From positions 23,147-87,146 of the forward strand of contig CAZEJK010000002.1 in assembly GCA_964512045.1 (NCBI GenBank): DNA of 64,000 nt, given 5' to 3'. The notes below the pieces were generated by a model. The model made no database searches and was not told the DNA's origin. It saw nothing but the letters and a program-made list of their open reading frames with translations. This stretch comes from an uncultured Thermoanaerobaculia bacterium. Lineage in GTDB: Bacteria > Acidobacteriota > Thermoanaerobaculia > Thermoanaerobaculales > Sulfomarinibacteraceae. Shown here piece by piece: positions 20,101 to 29,044 of this stretch. A program made the position numbers and the translations under genes. Numbering within the stretch: the first letter of the stretch is position 1; each line of letters starts with the position of its first letter.

Positions 20101-20432
20101 GGCGGTGTGGCCTGCCCGAGGTGCAGAACGAACACGTCCCAGTTGCCGTATCGATCAGAGGCGAACGCGATCATCTCGCCGTCGCGCGACCACACCGGGT
20201 GCCGGTCGGTGGCCGGATGCGCCGTGATCCGCCGTGCCTCGCCACCTTCGGTGGGGACCAGCCAGAGATCGCCTTGCCAGGAGAGGGCGATCATCGTGCC
20301 GTCCGGGGACGGTGCAGGGTGGCGGGGCAATGGCGCCTCGACAGCGTCTGCCGTCTGGACGCTTCCAGCGAGTAGCGCGCCCATGATGAGTGCAACGGTA
20401 GCGACTGCGGTTCGCATGCAAAGATGGGGCAT
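17160..20432 (-). CDS. tricorn-protease-like S41 peptidase (beta-propellers + PDZ + S41 domain), secreted
   Basis: ORF 17160..20591, starting at ATG 20432 after GGAGGA and followed by a signal peptide (MPHLCMRTAVATVALIMGALLAGSVQTADA). It has TolB/WD40-like repeats, then GLIIDVRSNGGGW and NSDSYSNAEIF S41 motifs near the C-terminus. Confidence 0.9.
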   Translation of the reverse strand: MPHLCMRTAVATVALIMGALLAGSVQTADAVEAPLPRHPAPSPDGTMIALSWQGDLWLVPTEGGEARRITAHPATDRHPVWSRDGEMIAFASDRYGNWDVFVLHLGQATPPRRLTAASLDDTPVDFAPDGSKVLFVSERDESIRFYSALYEVPVNGGTPYLAQSALGEWGAYSADGSATAFVRGATKWTRRGYRGAANRDIWLRTSDDEYVQLTSFDGDDDFPSWIDGHTLAILSSREGRKNLFLLDLISERTVQLTDHTGSDVRFPRAAADGSVIAYELEDAVYTVRPLDGQPKKLTFNVPVDQIRNPIDRRTASSDATGLAINDDATLAAFLVRGDIFVTGIVSSDELDIAAPPTVQVTATPAEESDIQFSPDGRSILYSAERDGQRDLFVMQPAMTDEQDADWLSSFEFAETRLTDTPEDEHSPRFSPDGQRIAYLKNRGDLHVLTLEGAADTTLFEHWSPSTFAWSPDGRWIALSRVDTAYNADVWIIPSTGGEMYNVSRHPDDDLAPTWSPDGKRLVWTTKRHADTFDVWGVWLTRADDQRTSAQWLAYWKQQEEQKKKQEKAAADEESEAEDTNGASEPVPEVAIDFEQLWRRAKPITALLGDEASPFVTDDGRRILFTAELDGERDLYSVRFDGEDRQRLTTGDRGPGQLQLRESTVFFLDRKGTIGRVDVEGKAGDPVPFAATYEVDRAAEREVVFEQAWRALDQIFYDPDFHGVDWQQQRETYKPWALAASSEADFADVMNLMLGELNASHMGYYPPGTRGNREGVGERTGWIGAVFDPTLGPPGIAVTEVLPDTPAARTDVNLRSGERILAVAGTPVTETTNIYLLFADTAGTRVPLTVRGTDGAERTVVVIPESFRTQYQARYERWVRQRRAIVEELSGGRLGYLHIQGMNAPSFEEFERDLYAAGHDREGLIIDVRSNGGGWTTDYLMTVLSVERHAYTIPRGAPHTTRDYPQSRLPLAAWTRPALTLCNSDSYSNAEIFSWAFKTLDRGLLVGTPTFGAVISTGGTRLINGALVRLPMRGWYVATDGTNMELNGAQPDIVVEQPPTEDLSASSDTQLARAVAEFLATIEDDPRYGAW

Positions 20433-20785
20433 TAGCTTCCTCCAGCTCGTGGGCAGGTCCACCACCCCGGGCGATGGTGCGGTGTCCACAACGACGTACG
20501 TAACACCCGCGAGGCGGTTTTCCATCCCGCCCATTTGCTGCCCGCACGCACCAGCGGCCACAGCCGAGCTAGGCTCCGGAATGTTCATCAATACTGTGCC
20601 ACCATCGGCCAGCGCCGGCTATCTGCGTGCTGTCGACATCCGCGGCGCGCTGCCGGACTGAGCATTGCGGACGGCGCCGTAGCTGCTCGCCGTGCGCGGC
20701 ACACGGGCTTTCGAGAGTGCAAGCGCATCCGGAGCGCGCCGGCGCAACGACGCTGGCGCCGTCACCGTCTCGACGGTTGACCTGT

Positions 20786-20805
20786 GCGACTCGAGGCAAA
20801 GTCGC
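20786..20805 (-). terminator. weak hairpin immediately after the stop of the 72-aa gene
   Basis: GCGACT / AGTCGC 6-bp stem with an 8-nt loop, 2 nt beyond the TAG at 20808-20810 (minus strand). There is no U-run. Confidence 0.2.
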
Positions 20806-20807
20806 GT

Positions 20808-21026
20808 CTACAACGTCACGTCCGGAGCGGTCCAGGGCTCCCTGTCTTCGGGCTCGATGTACGTCGTGGGGTCCTCAGCTTCCGCGTCGATCGAGTAGGT
20901 GAGGGTCTCGGTCTCGCCTCGATAGTCGGTCGGACACAGACAGACCTGCTCCACATCGCTTTGGCGGCTGTCATCGCTCCAGCTCGATTGTGCCCCACAG
21001 TAGCTGCAGGTGTAGTTCGGTGTCAT
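20808..21026 (-). CDS. small acidic Cys-containing protein (72 aa), hypothetical
   Basis: The internal ATG of ORF 20808..21437 is preceded by GGAGG (atcGGAGGttagcATG). It has CSYCG ... CLCP knuckle-like pairs and a very acidic C-terminus. Confidence 0.45.
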   Translation of the reverse strand: MTPNYTCSYCGAQSSWSDDSRQSDVEQVCLCPTDYRGETETLTYSIDAEAEDPTTYIEPEDREPWTAPDVTL

Positions 21027-21190
21027 GCTAACCTCCGATATGTCGTTGTGCATCAACGGCAATGGCCGTCGGCCTGGGATCTTTTCGAGACAAGGTCTCG
21101 TTCCCGTAGTCGGCACGATAGAGCCAGGAGGCGATCGCCACAAGGGCCAGCGCGGCACAGTCGTGCCGCATTCCGACAGAGCTGGCGATA

Positions 21191-21700
21191 TCAGGCGAAC
21201 GCAGCGTGGAGGAGCTTCAAGAGTGTGTCTTGGGTGAACGGCTCGAGCCGGTTCGAGGTCAGCGTCTCGACTGAACGAACACCCCACCGGGCCTTCGCGC
21301 CGTCTCTGTCCGGGATGAGATACAGGACCTTCTCGATCAGGAACGGAATCGGTTGCGAGCACTCGATCTCCACCTGACCGATCGCGCTGAGAAGCGCCCT
21401 CGCCGTCGGGTCGAATAGGAGGAAGCTCTCTCCACACGTGATTCTGAGTCGCTGGTCGCTGATCTCGATCTCGTGTCCCGGGAACGCGGGCGAGGTGAAG
21501 ATCTCGTTCTCATCCTCGAGGGTTACCTGCAGCTCGGGGACCTGACGGACAAGCGCGTGAATCTGCTGGATCAGCTGGTGCACAGCCGCTTCGTATCGAC
21601 GGGCTACGGCCTCGAACCGTGTGCGCTCATCGTCCGTGGTGGGCTGCGACCGCTCGAGGATGGCGGCGCGCAACGACTCGACGCTCAGACGTTCGTTCAT
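21191..21700 (-). CDS. hypothetical protein (169 aa)
   Basis: ORF 21191..21766. The ATG at 21700 is preceded by GGAGG. The composition is balanced and coding-like, with no family motif recognised. Confidence 0.55.
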   Translation of the reverse strand: MNERLSVESLRAAILERSQPTTDDERTRFEAVARRYEAAVHQLIQQIHALVRQVPELQVTLEDENEIFTSPAFPGHEIEISDQRLRITCGESFLLFDPTARALLSAIGQVEIECSQPIPFLIEKVLYLIPDRDGAKARWGVRSVETLTSNRLEPFTQDTLLKLLHAAFA

Positions 21701-21956
21701 GTGCGACCTCCAGCATCTATCGTATACGACCGCCTCCAGAGCGGGGCGCAACCCGGCGTCCGCCAAAGCCGAGCGAGCTTCTCAGTCTCGGTAGCGACAG
21801 TGCTTCCGGCCAGCTCCCGAGGTCTGATATCGTGAACACGAGACAGTGGCCCTCAAGTGGGCGAGCAGGTCTGCTCACCGGTACATGCGGGTAGCGTGTG
21901 CCGATGTGATGTTGAATCGGAATCCATTGAGCGGACCGGAGATAGCGGGGGACGCG

Positions 21957-24900
21957 ATGGGCGAAAGCCGTGATATTACTGAGATCTATCGATTGGTCCG
22001 GGTCCTCAAGGTTGACACCGGAGGCACGGTGTTTGCCGGCGAGGATCCCGACACGGGCGAGCCGGTGGCCATCAAGCTGCTGGAGGGTGGACTTGATGAT
22101 CCGGAGCGGCGGGAGCTGTTCGACAGCGCCATGAACGCGGTGGCGGCGGTGCAGCATCCAGCCGTTCCGAGGTGCTTGGGGCACGGTACGACATCGGCTG
22201 GAAGCGGCTATGTCGTGTGGGAGCTTCTCGAAGCCGAAACGCTCGAGGCGTCTGACAGCGTTGCATCTGACTCGGCTCGAGGTGCGGGCTTACTTGCTGA
22301 TGTGGCGGATGGGGTGGGAGCACTGCACTCCGCTGGAACCGTCCATGGCAACCTGGCACCGGAGAACGTGCTCGTCATCGGCGAGGGAGAGGACCGCAGG
22401 GCAGTCGTGGCCGGCCTCGGGAGCTGGGTGGTCCGGATGCAGCATCAGCCGAATCGGGTGCCCGCCCGATACCTTGCGCCAGAGCGACTCCATGCCGGTG
22501 CTGGTCTGAAGCCGCCGACAGAGGCGGCTGATGTCTACGCACTCGGAGTTTTGGTCTGCGAGGTTTTGGGATTCACGGTTGGATCCGTGACCGGACCGAG
22601 ACCCACCGTGACTCCGGCGACTCCGGCCAACGATGATCGAGTCGATGGACCACGCGACGCGGCACTGGCACTGGCAGGAGTGCTCGAGCTGTGCCTGCGT
22701 CGAGCGCCGGAGCAGCGACCAGCTCCGGGCGATGTTGCCGCAGCGTTGCGACGGTTTGATGGCTCCGTCTCGGGCACCGACGAAGGACCGCCCGTACGAG
22801 GGGCGGTTTCCGCTGCCACATCCGAGCCCGGGCCTGTAGCCGTTCCGCCGCCACTCCCACCATCCAAGGTCGGCGAGGAGGTGTCAGCTCCACCGACAGC
22901 GGCGGACGAGGCAGGTACTGAGGAAGAGCTGCCGGCGTATGAGCCTACGATGGTGATTCGACGTGATGCGGTCGGTGCTGCGGTGACGCCGGAACGCGGG
23001 GAGTCGGAGCCAGGTGGCGAGGCCCCTGCCGCTGAAGGAGCGGCCGACGACACCGACGAGGCCGGGACCGCTGTGGTCGATCGTGCGGAGATTGCGGATG
23101 CCGTGCAGCGCGCTTCGCGCGAAGAGAGCTCTGCCGAGGAAGAAGCGCGGCAGTCCGGAGACAGCGAAGTTGTCGACGAGCCGCCGGCGGAGGATGCCAC
23201 AGTCGCCCTGCCCAGGCGAGAGATCGAGCAGGCTGTGGCCGCGGCCCGCCAGCCGATCGGCCCGCCGGTTGCAGAGACCTCCGGGGAGACCACCGCGCGG
23301 CCCCCTGGCGTGCCGGACGATGCGACCGAGATCGAGGCGGAAGAGAACGCCGAGTCGCGACAGGCGCCATCGCCACCACCGACCTCTGTTGGTGCCGGTC
23401 AGGTGCCGGGGGCGACCGTCATCATGGAGAGGCCTGTGCCTCCGTCCGCCACAGAGATACAGGGCTCGGGTGTTGCCGAGAGCGAACACTACGCGGCAGC
23501 AGAAACCCCCGAGTGGGAGCTCGACGAGAGCCCTGAGCCGACTGCGCCGTTTGATGTCGTACCTCCGGCGGAGATCGAAGCCCCGGAGTGGGAGCTGGAG
23601 GCCGATCCCGTGGAGGCTCGCTCACGACCCGAGCCTTCAGGAGCCACGGAGCAGGCCGGAGAGGGAGGACCATCGGCCGCCAACAACGAGACTCCAGATC
23701 AGACGTCCCGCGAGCAAAGCCACGATCTGCCAGCGAGCCCGACGGATCGAATCGCCCCTCCGAGTGTCGCTAGCCGTTTGGTGGCGCACGCAGACGAGGA
23801 GGAGTTCGACCCAAACCGCACGATGGCCGTGTCGTTTGAGCCCGCGCCGCCGGAGGGCGTCCAGGCGGACGATGCATCGGAGGGTGATGAGGCTGCAGAA
23901 CCTGCGATGGCTGATGCCGTTCCCGGAGAAGAAGCGAGGTCCGACGAAGGCGGGACGGAGCAGACCGAGCCGACGACAGCATTGGCCGGTGAAGAGCGGG
24001 AGGAGATCCGCGAAACTCCGCCCGCGCCACCGCCGCTGGCACCACCGGCCGAGGTTGAGGATACGGGCTGGGCCGGGACGGAACGGGTTGACGCTGAACG
24101 GGAGGAAACGACCGATTCCGGGGCGCGCACAGCACCTGTCCCGCCCGATCAAGCTGAGGATGGGGGGCCGGAGGCCATCCCAGGCCCGACTCCGCCACCG
24201 GTTCCCCCAGAGGGTTCGGCTTCTCGCCCCGCAACCGTGCCACCTCCTGTCAGGGCGGGGCAGCCTCCCCCACCACCGTCACCTCCGAAACCAGATGTGA
24301 CCCCGGCGCCGGCGGTGTCAGGAGTGCCCCAGGATCCGCCGGTCGCGGCGCCCGCACCGCCGCCACCCGAGGCTCCGTCGCCAGCGCAGGAGGATCAACC
24401 GCCTGTCGAAGTGGCCGGAGCCACCGAACGTCCAGGCAAAATGCCTTCGAGGAGACGCTGGGGTCTCTTGGGGGGTATTGCGGCGGTGGTGATCGTGGCT
24501 GTTGTGACCGTCGTGGTGGTGCTGACCCGGGGAGGCGGGGAACCCGCTCCGCCAGAGTCAACGGCGGAGCTGGTGGCCGCGCTGCCCACCGCCGTACCAG
24601 CTCCGACACCTGTCCTTGAGGAGGAGTTGGATGAACCGCCAGAGCTGTTTCCGGATCTGCTCCTCGCCCAGCAGCTGCTCGCAACCGGCGAAACAGAGGC
24701 GGCACGCAGGGCCGTGGAGACTATTCCCGATGAGGTTGTCGACGGGTTCGGAGAGGACGACTTTGACGCGTACCAGGAGCTGGTCGATGTGCTGGCTGGC
24801 GCCGAGCAGAACGAGCTCGAGCAGGCGGTTCGGACGCTTCGCAGGGGCCTGAAGATCGATAGCCCCAAGCTCCTCAGGAGGGCGATAGAGGAGCTGGACC

Positions 24901-25742
24901 GTCAGGACCCCGCACGTCTTGCAGATCGCCCGGACCTTGTCAGCGATATCACTCTCGCCCGCCGGGCCCTGGAGGTGCGCGATCTGATGTGGAGCGCCCA
25001 CAACGCCGGCGACTCGGAAGCCGTGCTGCGGCATGCCGAGACGCTCAACGCGCTCATCCCGGGCTACAGTCGGATTCCGGAGCTGCGGTCTGCTGCCGCC
25101 AGGTCGATCGAGGACGAAGCGGAGGCCGCTGCCACGGCCGGCGATCTGGAACGGGCCATCTCGCGACTGCAGACGATTGCTGCCAGCTGGCCGGATCGCC
25201 CTGGTCTCAACGAGCGGATCGAGGCCCTTCGCGCACGGCAGACCCGCAACCGGCAGATGGCGATGGTGCTCGACCGGGCCCGCGAGCTCGAACGGGCGCG
25301 TCAGCCGGAGCAGGGGCTCGCGGCGCTGGCCGAGGTGACGCCGAGCGAAGCGTACCGAGCCGACTTCGAGCAGGCCCGACAGCGGCTACGGGCTCTGCTC
25401 ACCCAGATGGATCAGGAGTCGCCGACTGTCGAGCTTTCAGACGACGTGGAGCTGGAGTTCCGGAAGGACGATGTCGTGACGCTGAGAGTCCGCGTGGCGG
25501 ACGATCTTCGGGTGGTATCGGTGAGCGGCTTCTGTCGTTCCAAAGGTGACAGCGGCTATCGTACCCTGCCATTGACGGAGAGCGGAGATGGTGTCTGGAC
25601 TGCAACAGTCGGCCCGCAGGTTCACGATAACCGCACGTTGGAGCTGTACGTGACCGCCACGGATCCCTCCGGACACGTGGGGTCTCTCGGATCCGCCGAG
25701 GCGCCCGTTGAGCTGCAGCGCAAGAGGTGGTACCAGCCGTGA
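21957..25742 (+). CDS. membrane-spanning Ser/Thr-kinase-like protein, predicted pseudokinase. It has a very long acidic Pro-rich disordered region, one TM and a periplasmic helical + beta C-terminus.
   Basis: The kinase fold is recognisable (VAIKLL, YLAPERL, DVYALGVLVCEV). HGN (22344-22352) replaces the catalytic-loop HRD, and AGLG (22410-22421) replaces DFG. The TM segment is LLGGIAAVVIVAVVTVVVVL (about 24460-24530). The start codon is uncertain. Confidence 0.8.
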   Translation: MGESRDITEIYRLVRVLKVDTGGTVFAGEDPDTGEPVAIKLLEGGLDDPERRELFDSAMNAVAAVQHPAVPRCLGHGTTSAGSGYVVWELLEAETLEASDSVASDSARGAGLLADVADGVGALHSAGTVHGNLAPENVLVIGEGEDRRAVVAGLGSWVVRMQHQPNRVPARYLAPERLHAGAGLKPPTEAADVYALGVLVCEVLGFTVGSVTGPRPTVTPATPANDDRVDGPRDAALALAGVLELCLRRAPEQRPAPGDVAAALRRFDGSVSGTDEGPPVRGAVSAATSEPGPVAVPPPLPPSKVGEEVSAPPTAADEAGTEEELPAYEPTMVIRRDAVGAAVTPERGESEPGGEAPAAEGAADDTDEAGTAVVDRAEIADAVQRASREESSAEEEARQSGDSEVVDEPPAEDATVALPRREIEQAVAAARQPIGPPVAETSGETTARPPGVPDDATEIEAEENAESRQAPSPPPTSVGAGQVPGATVIMERPVPPSATEIQGSGVAESEHYAAAETPEWELDESPEPTAPFDVVPPAEIEAPEWELEADPVEARSRPEPSGATEQAGEGGPSAANNETPDQTSREQSHDLPASPTDRIAPPSVASRLVAHADEEEFDPNRTMAVSFEPAPPEGVQADDASEGDEAAEPAMADAVPGEEARSDEGGTEQTEPTTALAGEEREEIRETPPAPPPLAPPAEVEDTGWAGTERVDAEREETTDSGARTAPVPPDQAEDGGPEAIPGPTPPPVPPEGSASRPATVPPPVRAGQPPPPPSPPKPDVTPAPAVSGVPQDPPVAAPAPPPPEAPSPAQEDQPPVEVAGATERPGKMPSRRRWGLLGGIAAVVIVAVVTVVVVLTRGGGEPAPPESTAELVAALPTAVPAPTPVLEEELDEPPELFPDLLLAQQLLATGETEAARRAVETIPDEVVDGFGEDDFDAYQELVDVLAGAEQNELEQAVRTLRRGLKIDSPKLLRRAIEELDRQDPARLADRPDLVSDITLARRALEVRDLMWSAHNAGDSEAVLRHAETLNALIPGYSRIPELRSAAARSIEDEAEAAATAGDLERAISRLQTIAASWPDRPGLNERIEALRARQTRNRQMAMVLDRARELERARQPEQGLAALAEVTPSEAYRADFEQARQRLRALLTQMDQESPTVELSDDVELEFRKDDVVTLRVRVADDLRVVSVSGFCRSKGDSGYRTLPLTESGDGVWTATVGPQVHDNRTLELYVTATDPSGHVGSLGSAEAPVELQRKRWYQP

Positions 25743-25828
25743 TGACCGAGCCGAATGCGGGGCGGACCATTGCGACTGCCCGATCTGCCCGATGCCGGGC
25801 CGTACGTCCGGTAGGGCGGGGGTGAGAC

Positions 25829-28800
25829 GTGGCCGAGCCGCTGGCGCATCTCCAGGGCAAGTACGAGATCCTCGAGAAGCTTCGTGAGGGCGGGATGGGG
25901 GCGATCTACAAGGTGCGCCATGTCCTCCTCGAAGAGGTCCGGGTCATCAAGGTGCTGCGTCCCCAGCTGCGAAGTGACGAACGTCTGCGTCAGCGGTTCT
26001 TGCGTGAGGCACGAACGGCGATCCGGGTTCGTCATCCGAACATAGCCCAGCTGTACGACTGCGTGATCGATGAGGACAACAACGCCTTCATCGTCATGGA
26101 GTTCATCGAGGGGATCACCTTTCAAGAGATGCTGACCGCGGGTGGCCCGCCCGCCCTCGGACTGTCCCTCGAGCTGGCGGTGCAGAGCTTGGATGCCCTG
26201 GCGACGATCCATCGCAAGGGGATCATCCACCGTGACATCTCACCGGACAACATCATGTTTTGTGCGGATGAGGACGGACTGCCAGCGGTCAAGCTCATCG
26301 ACCTCGGAATCGCCAAGGTGCTGAAGGGTGATGGCGGCCTGACCGAAACGGGGACGTTTCTCGGTAAGGTGCGCTATGCGTCACCGGAGCACTTCACCGG
26401 CGATGGGCACAACGTCGATGAGCGGAGTGATCTGTACTCGTTCGGTGTTGTGCTGTATGAGCTGGTCACGGGTAGCCGACCGTTCACCGGGAACGACGTC
26501 GCGTCCCTGATTGCAGCGCACCTTTTCCGAGGGCCACTGGGTTTTGCTGAGACCGACCCCGAGGGCCGAGTGCCTGAACCAGTTCGACACACTATCCAGA
26601 CCGCGTTGGCCAAGGAGCCGGACGCACGCTTTCAGACCGCAGCGGAGTTTCAGGCGACGCTGCGGGCACTTCAGCCGGAGCACCCCGTCACCGTCGACGA
26701 CGTGACGAAGGCCCTCGCTGAGGGACACGAGATCGACACGATGCCGATCCGTGTGCGCAAGCCCGGGTCGACTCAGGCGAAGCTCGACCGGCAGTTCGGA
26801 GTCGATCCGACGCCGCCTCCAGTGGGCGGACAGTCCGAAGAGGTGGAGGCGCTGCGCGCGGTCGACGAAACGCTTCGCAGCCCTCCGCCGGCCGTTGCGG
26901 ATCCGATACGGGTGAGGTCGCTCGTCGCCAAGGCGGAGAGTCTGATGGATCTCGGTCAGCAGACCCAAGCTCGCCATCAGCTCGAGATTGTCTTACGGCT
27001 CGAGCCTACCAACAGCGCGGCGCAGCGGCTGATGGAGCAGCTCGAGGAGACGCCTCCCGAGCGCGATCGATGGATGGACGAGATCGACTCGCTGCTGGCC
27101 GGTGAGCAGCGGAAGGGACGATCGAAACGGACGGGGTCGGTACAGGGTCAGGTACAGGCGGGGCCGGATGGTGCCGGTGAAAGCGGGGGAGAGGGAGATG
27201 TCCAGCGCCTCTTGGAGGAGGCACGCGACTGTGTCAATGCGGGCCGTCCGGAGGATGCGGCTCAACGTCTCGAGCACGCGTTGATTATGCAACCGGAGAA
27301 CGCGGCGATCCGGGAGCAGCTGGCGGTTGCCAACGCAGCGGTGCACGACAGGCGGGAGGCTGAGGAGCACGCGCAGATTGAGGCTCGAGCAGAGAGTATT
27401 CGTGATGCGCTGGCAAGTGGACGTGTTGATGCTGCGAAGGCTGCGCTCGCGGAGGCGGTCGAGCAGCTCGGTGACCATGAGGTGCTTGTAGAGCTCGGTG
27501 TCTGCATCGATCAGGAGGTGGCGCGCAGAGCAACCGTGCAGTCCTCGTGTGAGCGGGCGCGATCACTGCTCGCGGACGATTGCCCTGCCGATGCCTTGGC
27601 GGCACTGTCGACGGCCCTGGAGCTCGACCCTTCAAGCTCCGAGATCCGTGAGCTGGCTGCGCAGTGCGAGGCGCGTCAGGCGGCACTGGAGACCGAGCGC
27701 GAGACCTCCTCCGCTCGAGAGACGTTCTGGTCCCAACTGGCGGCAGGCGATGTCGATGGGGCAGCGCTGACTCTGGCCGCACTGGAAGAGCGTCTTCCGA
27801 GTGGCGAGCGCGAGAGGTTGGCGGAGGAGCTGGCACGCGCTCAATCCAGCAGACGGTCGCAGGAGCTCCTTCAGGCCGGTGCGAAGGCTCTGGACGACGG
27901 GGACGTGGAGGAGGCCCTGCAGCTGCTTGGTCGAGCGCTCACGTACAGCCCAGAAGATCTACGGGCAAACGAGCTCTTCGAGCGCGCCGGCGAGGTACAG
28001 CGCAGACGTCGTGAGCTCGACGAGCTGCTTCTGTCAGCGGACGAAAGTGAGCGTGCCGGCAATCTCAACGAGGCCATGCAGGCGTTGGAGCGAGCCAGAG
28101 AGCTGGATGCGGAAAGCCGGGAGATCTCGGAGAGGTTGCAGACGGTTGCGGACAGGTTGGTGAGCTCACGGCGAGCTGCGCGCAAAGCTGCTGAGCTGAA
28201 CGCAGCGGTGGATCAGATCACAGCCGAGCTCCAAGCGCATCGGTTCGAGCCAGCGAAACGCGCTATTGATGTGGCGGAACGTGTCTATGGCGCGGTTGCG
28301 CAGATCGTGGAGCTGAGGAAGCAGCTCGAGGCGTCGCAGGCCAAAGCTCGCGTTGAGGCGGTGGCACCGTTGCTCGCTCGAGCGCGGCAGAGTGCGATGG
28401 TCGAGGACTACGACCTGGCTTTGAAGGCGCTACGGGAGGCTCGGAGAGCTGCTCCGAACCATCCCGAGGTCGAGCATCTGATCGAGATGTATGCGTCGTC
28501 GGATCGGGCGCGGCGTGAGAATCAGCGGCAGTCTCGAGAGCTGACGCACGCTGCCGTGAGCATCGAGGCGCTCCTGAGCCGCGGGGACCGAGAGGAGGCT
28601 GAGCGCGCGCTGGATCTCGCGGAGAAGATGTTCGGCATCCAGCACGAGCTCGCACAGCTGAGGCGTCGGCTCGAGGCGTCGGTGGAGGTGGCTGTCGCAG
28701 ACCCGGCCGCGACGGTGGAGGCGGCATTGCGAGCATTGGATGCGGGCCACCGGAATGAGGCGATCCGTTTGCTGCGCGAGGTGCAGCAGATGGCGCCGGA

Positions 28801-28987
28801 CGACAGCCGTGTTCAGGGTTTGCTGGACGAGGTCATGCGTCGAGAGGCGGAGGCGAGCATCGAGGCACATCTCGAGCGTGGCGAGATGGAGCGCGCACGA
28901 TGGACCTTGGAGCTGGCCCTGGGAACGTACGGGCGAGTGGGACGGCTGCCGCGACTCGAAGAGGAGATCGATCACGGCGGGGCGTGA
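25829..28987 (+). CDS. Ser/Thr protein kinase (canonical catalytic motifs) with an approximately 700-aa helical-repeat/coiled-coil C-terminal region
   Basis: GTG start. It has GGMGAIYKV, VIKVL, HRDISPDNIMF (HRD at 26228-26236), DLGIAK and YASPEHF. Many TPR-like or coiled-coil heptads follow (ALELDPSSSEIRELAAQCEAR and similar). Confidence 0.9.
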   Translation: MAEPLAHLQGKYEILEKLREGGMGAIYKVRHVLLEEVRVIKVLRPQLRSDERLRQRFLREARTAIRVRHPNIAQLYDCVIDEDNNAFIVMEFIEGITFQEMLTAGGPPALGLSLELAVQSLDALATIHRKGIIHRDISPDNIMFCADEDGLPAVKLIDLGIAKVLKGDGGLTETGTFLGKVRYASPEHFTGDGHNVDERSDLYSFGVVLYELVTGSRPFTGNDVASLIAAHLFRGPLGFAETDPEGRVPEPVRHTIQTALAKEPDARFQTAAEFQATLRALQPEHPVTVDDVTKALAEGHEIDTMPIRVRKPGSTQAKLDRQFGVDPTPPPVGGQSEEVEALRAVDETLRSPPPAVADPIRVRSLVAKAESLMDLGQQTQARHQLEIVLRLEPTNSAAQRLMEQLEETPPERDRWMDEIDSLLAGEQRKGRSKRTGSVQGQVQAGPDGAGESGGEGDVQRLLEEARDCVNAGRPEDAAQRLEHALIMQPENAAIREQLAVANAAVHDRREAEEHAQIEARAESIRDALASGRVDAAKAALAEAVEQLGDHEVLVELGVCIDQEVARRATVQSSCERARSLLADDCPADALAALSTALELDPSSSEIRELAAQCEARQAALETERETSSARETFWSQLAAGDVDGAALTLAALEERLPSGERERLAEELARAQSSRRSQELLQAGAKALDDGDVEEALQLLGRALTYSPEDLRANELFERAGEVQRRRRELDELLLSADESERAGNLNEAMQALERARELDAESREISERLQTVADRLVSSRRAARKAAELNAAVDQITAELQAHRFEPAKRAIDVAERVYGAVAQIVELRKQLEASQAKARVEAVAPLLARARQSAMVEDYDLALKALREARRAAPNHPEVEHLIEMYASSDRARRENQRQSRELTHAAVSIEALLSRGDREEAERALDLAEKMFGIQHELAQLRRRLEASVEVAVADPAATVEAALRALDAGHRNEAIRLLREVQQMAPDDSRVQGLLDEVMRREAEASIEAHLERGEMERARWTLELALGTYGRVGRLPRLEEEIDHGGA

Positions 28988-28993
28988 GCGACG

Positions 28994-29019
28994 TCACGTC
29001 GAGACGTGATCTCTTTTTG
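28994..29019 (+). terminator. candidate intrinsic terminator after the kinase gene
   Basis: TCACGT cgag ACGTGA hairpin (28994-29009) followed by tctcttttt, starting 7 nt after the TGA at 28985-28987. Confidence 0.4.
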
Positions 29020-29032
29020 CTCGGCGCTCTGC

Positions 29033-29038
29033 TACAAT
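29033..29038 (+). promoter_or_regulatory. candidate extended -10 (TGcTACAAT), 6 nt upstream of the ATG at 29045 (possible leaderless fha transcript)
   Basis: The sequence reads cTGcTACAATgctggcATG with no SD. Confidence 0.4.
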
Positions 29039-29044
29039 GCTGGC

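Noticed and set aside
23500-23620. Apparent tandem or DNA repeat (PEWEL motifs and Pro/Glu runs)
   Set aside because: It is imperfect and in-frame inside a continuous ORF. I interpret it as protein low-complexity sequence, not a repeat element or CRISPR-like array.
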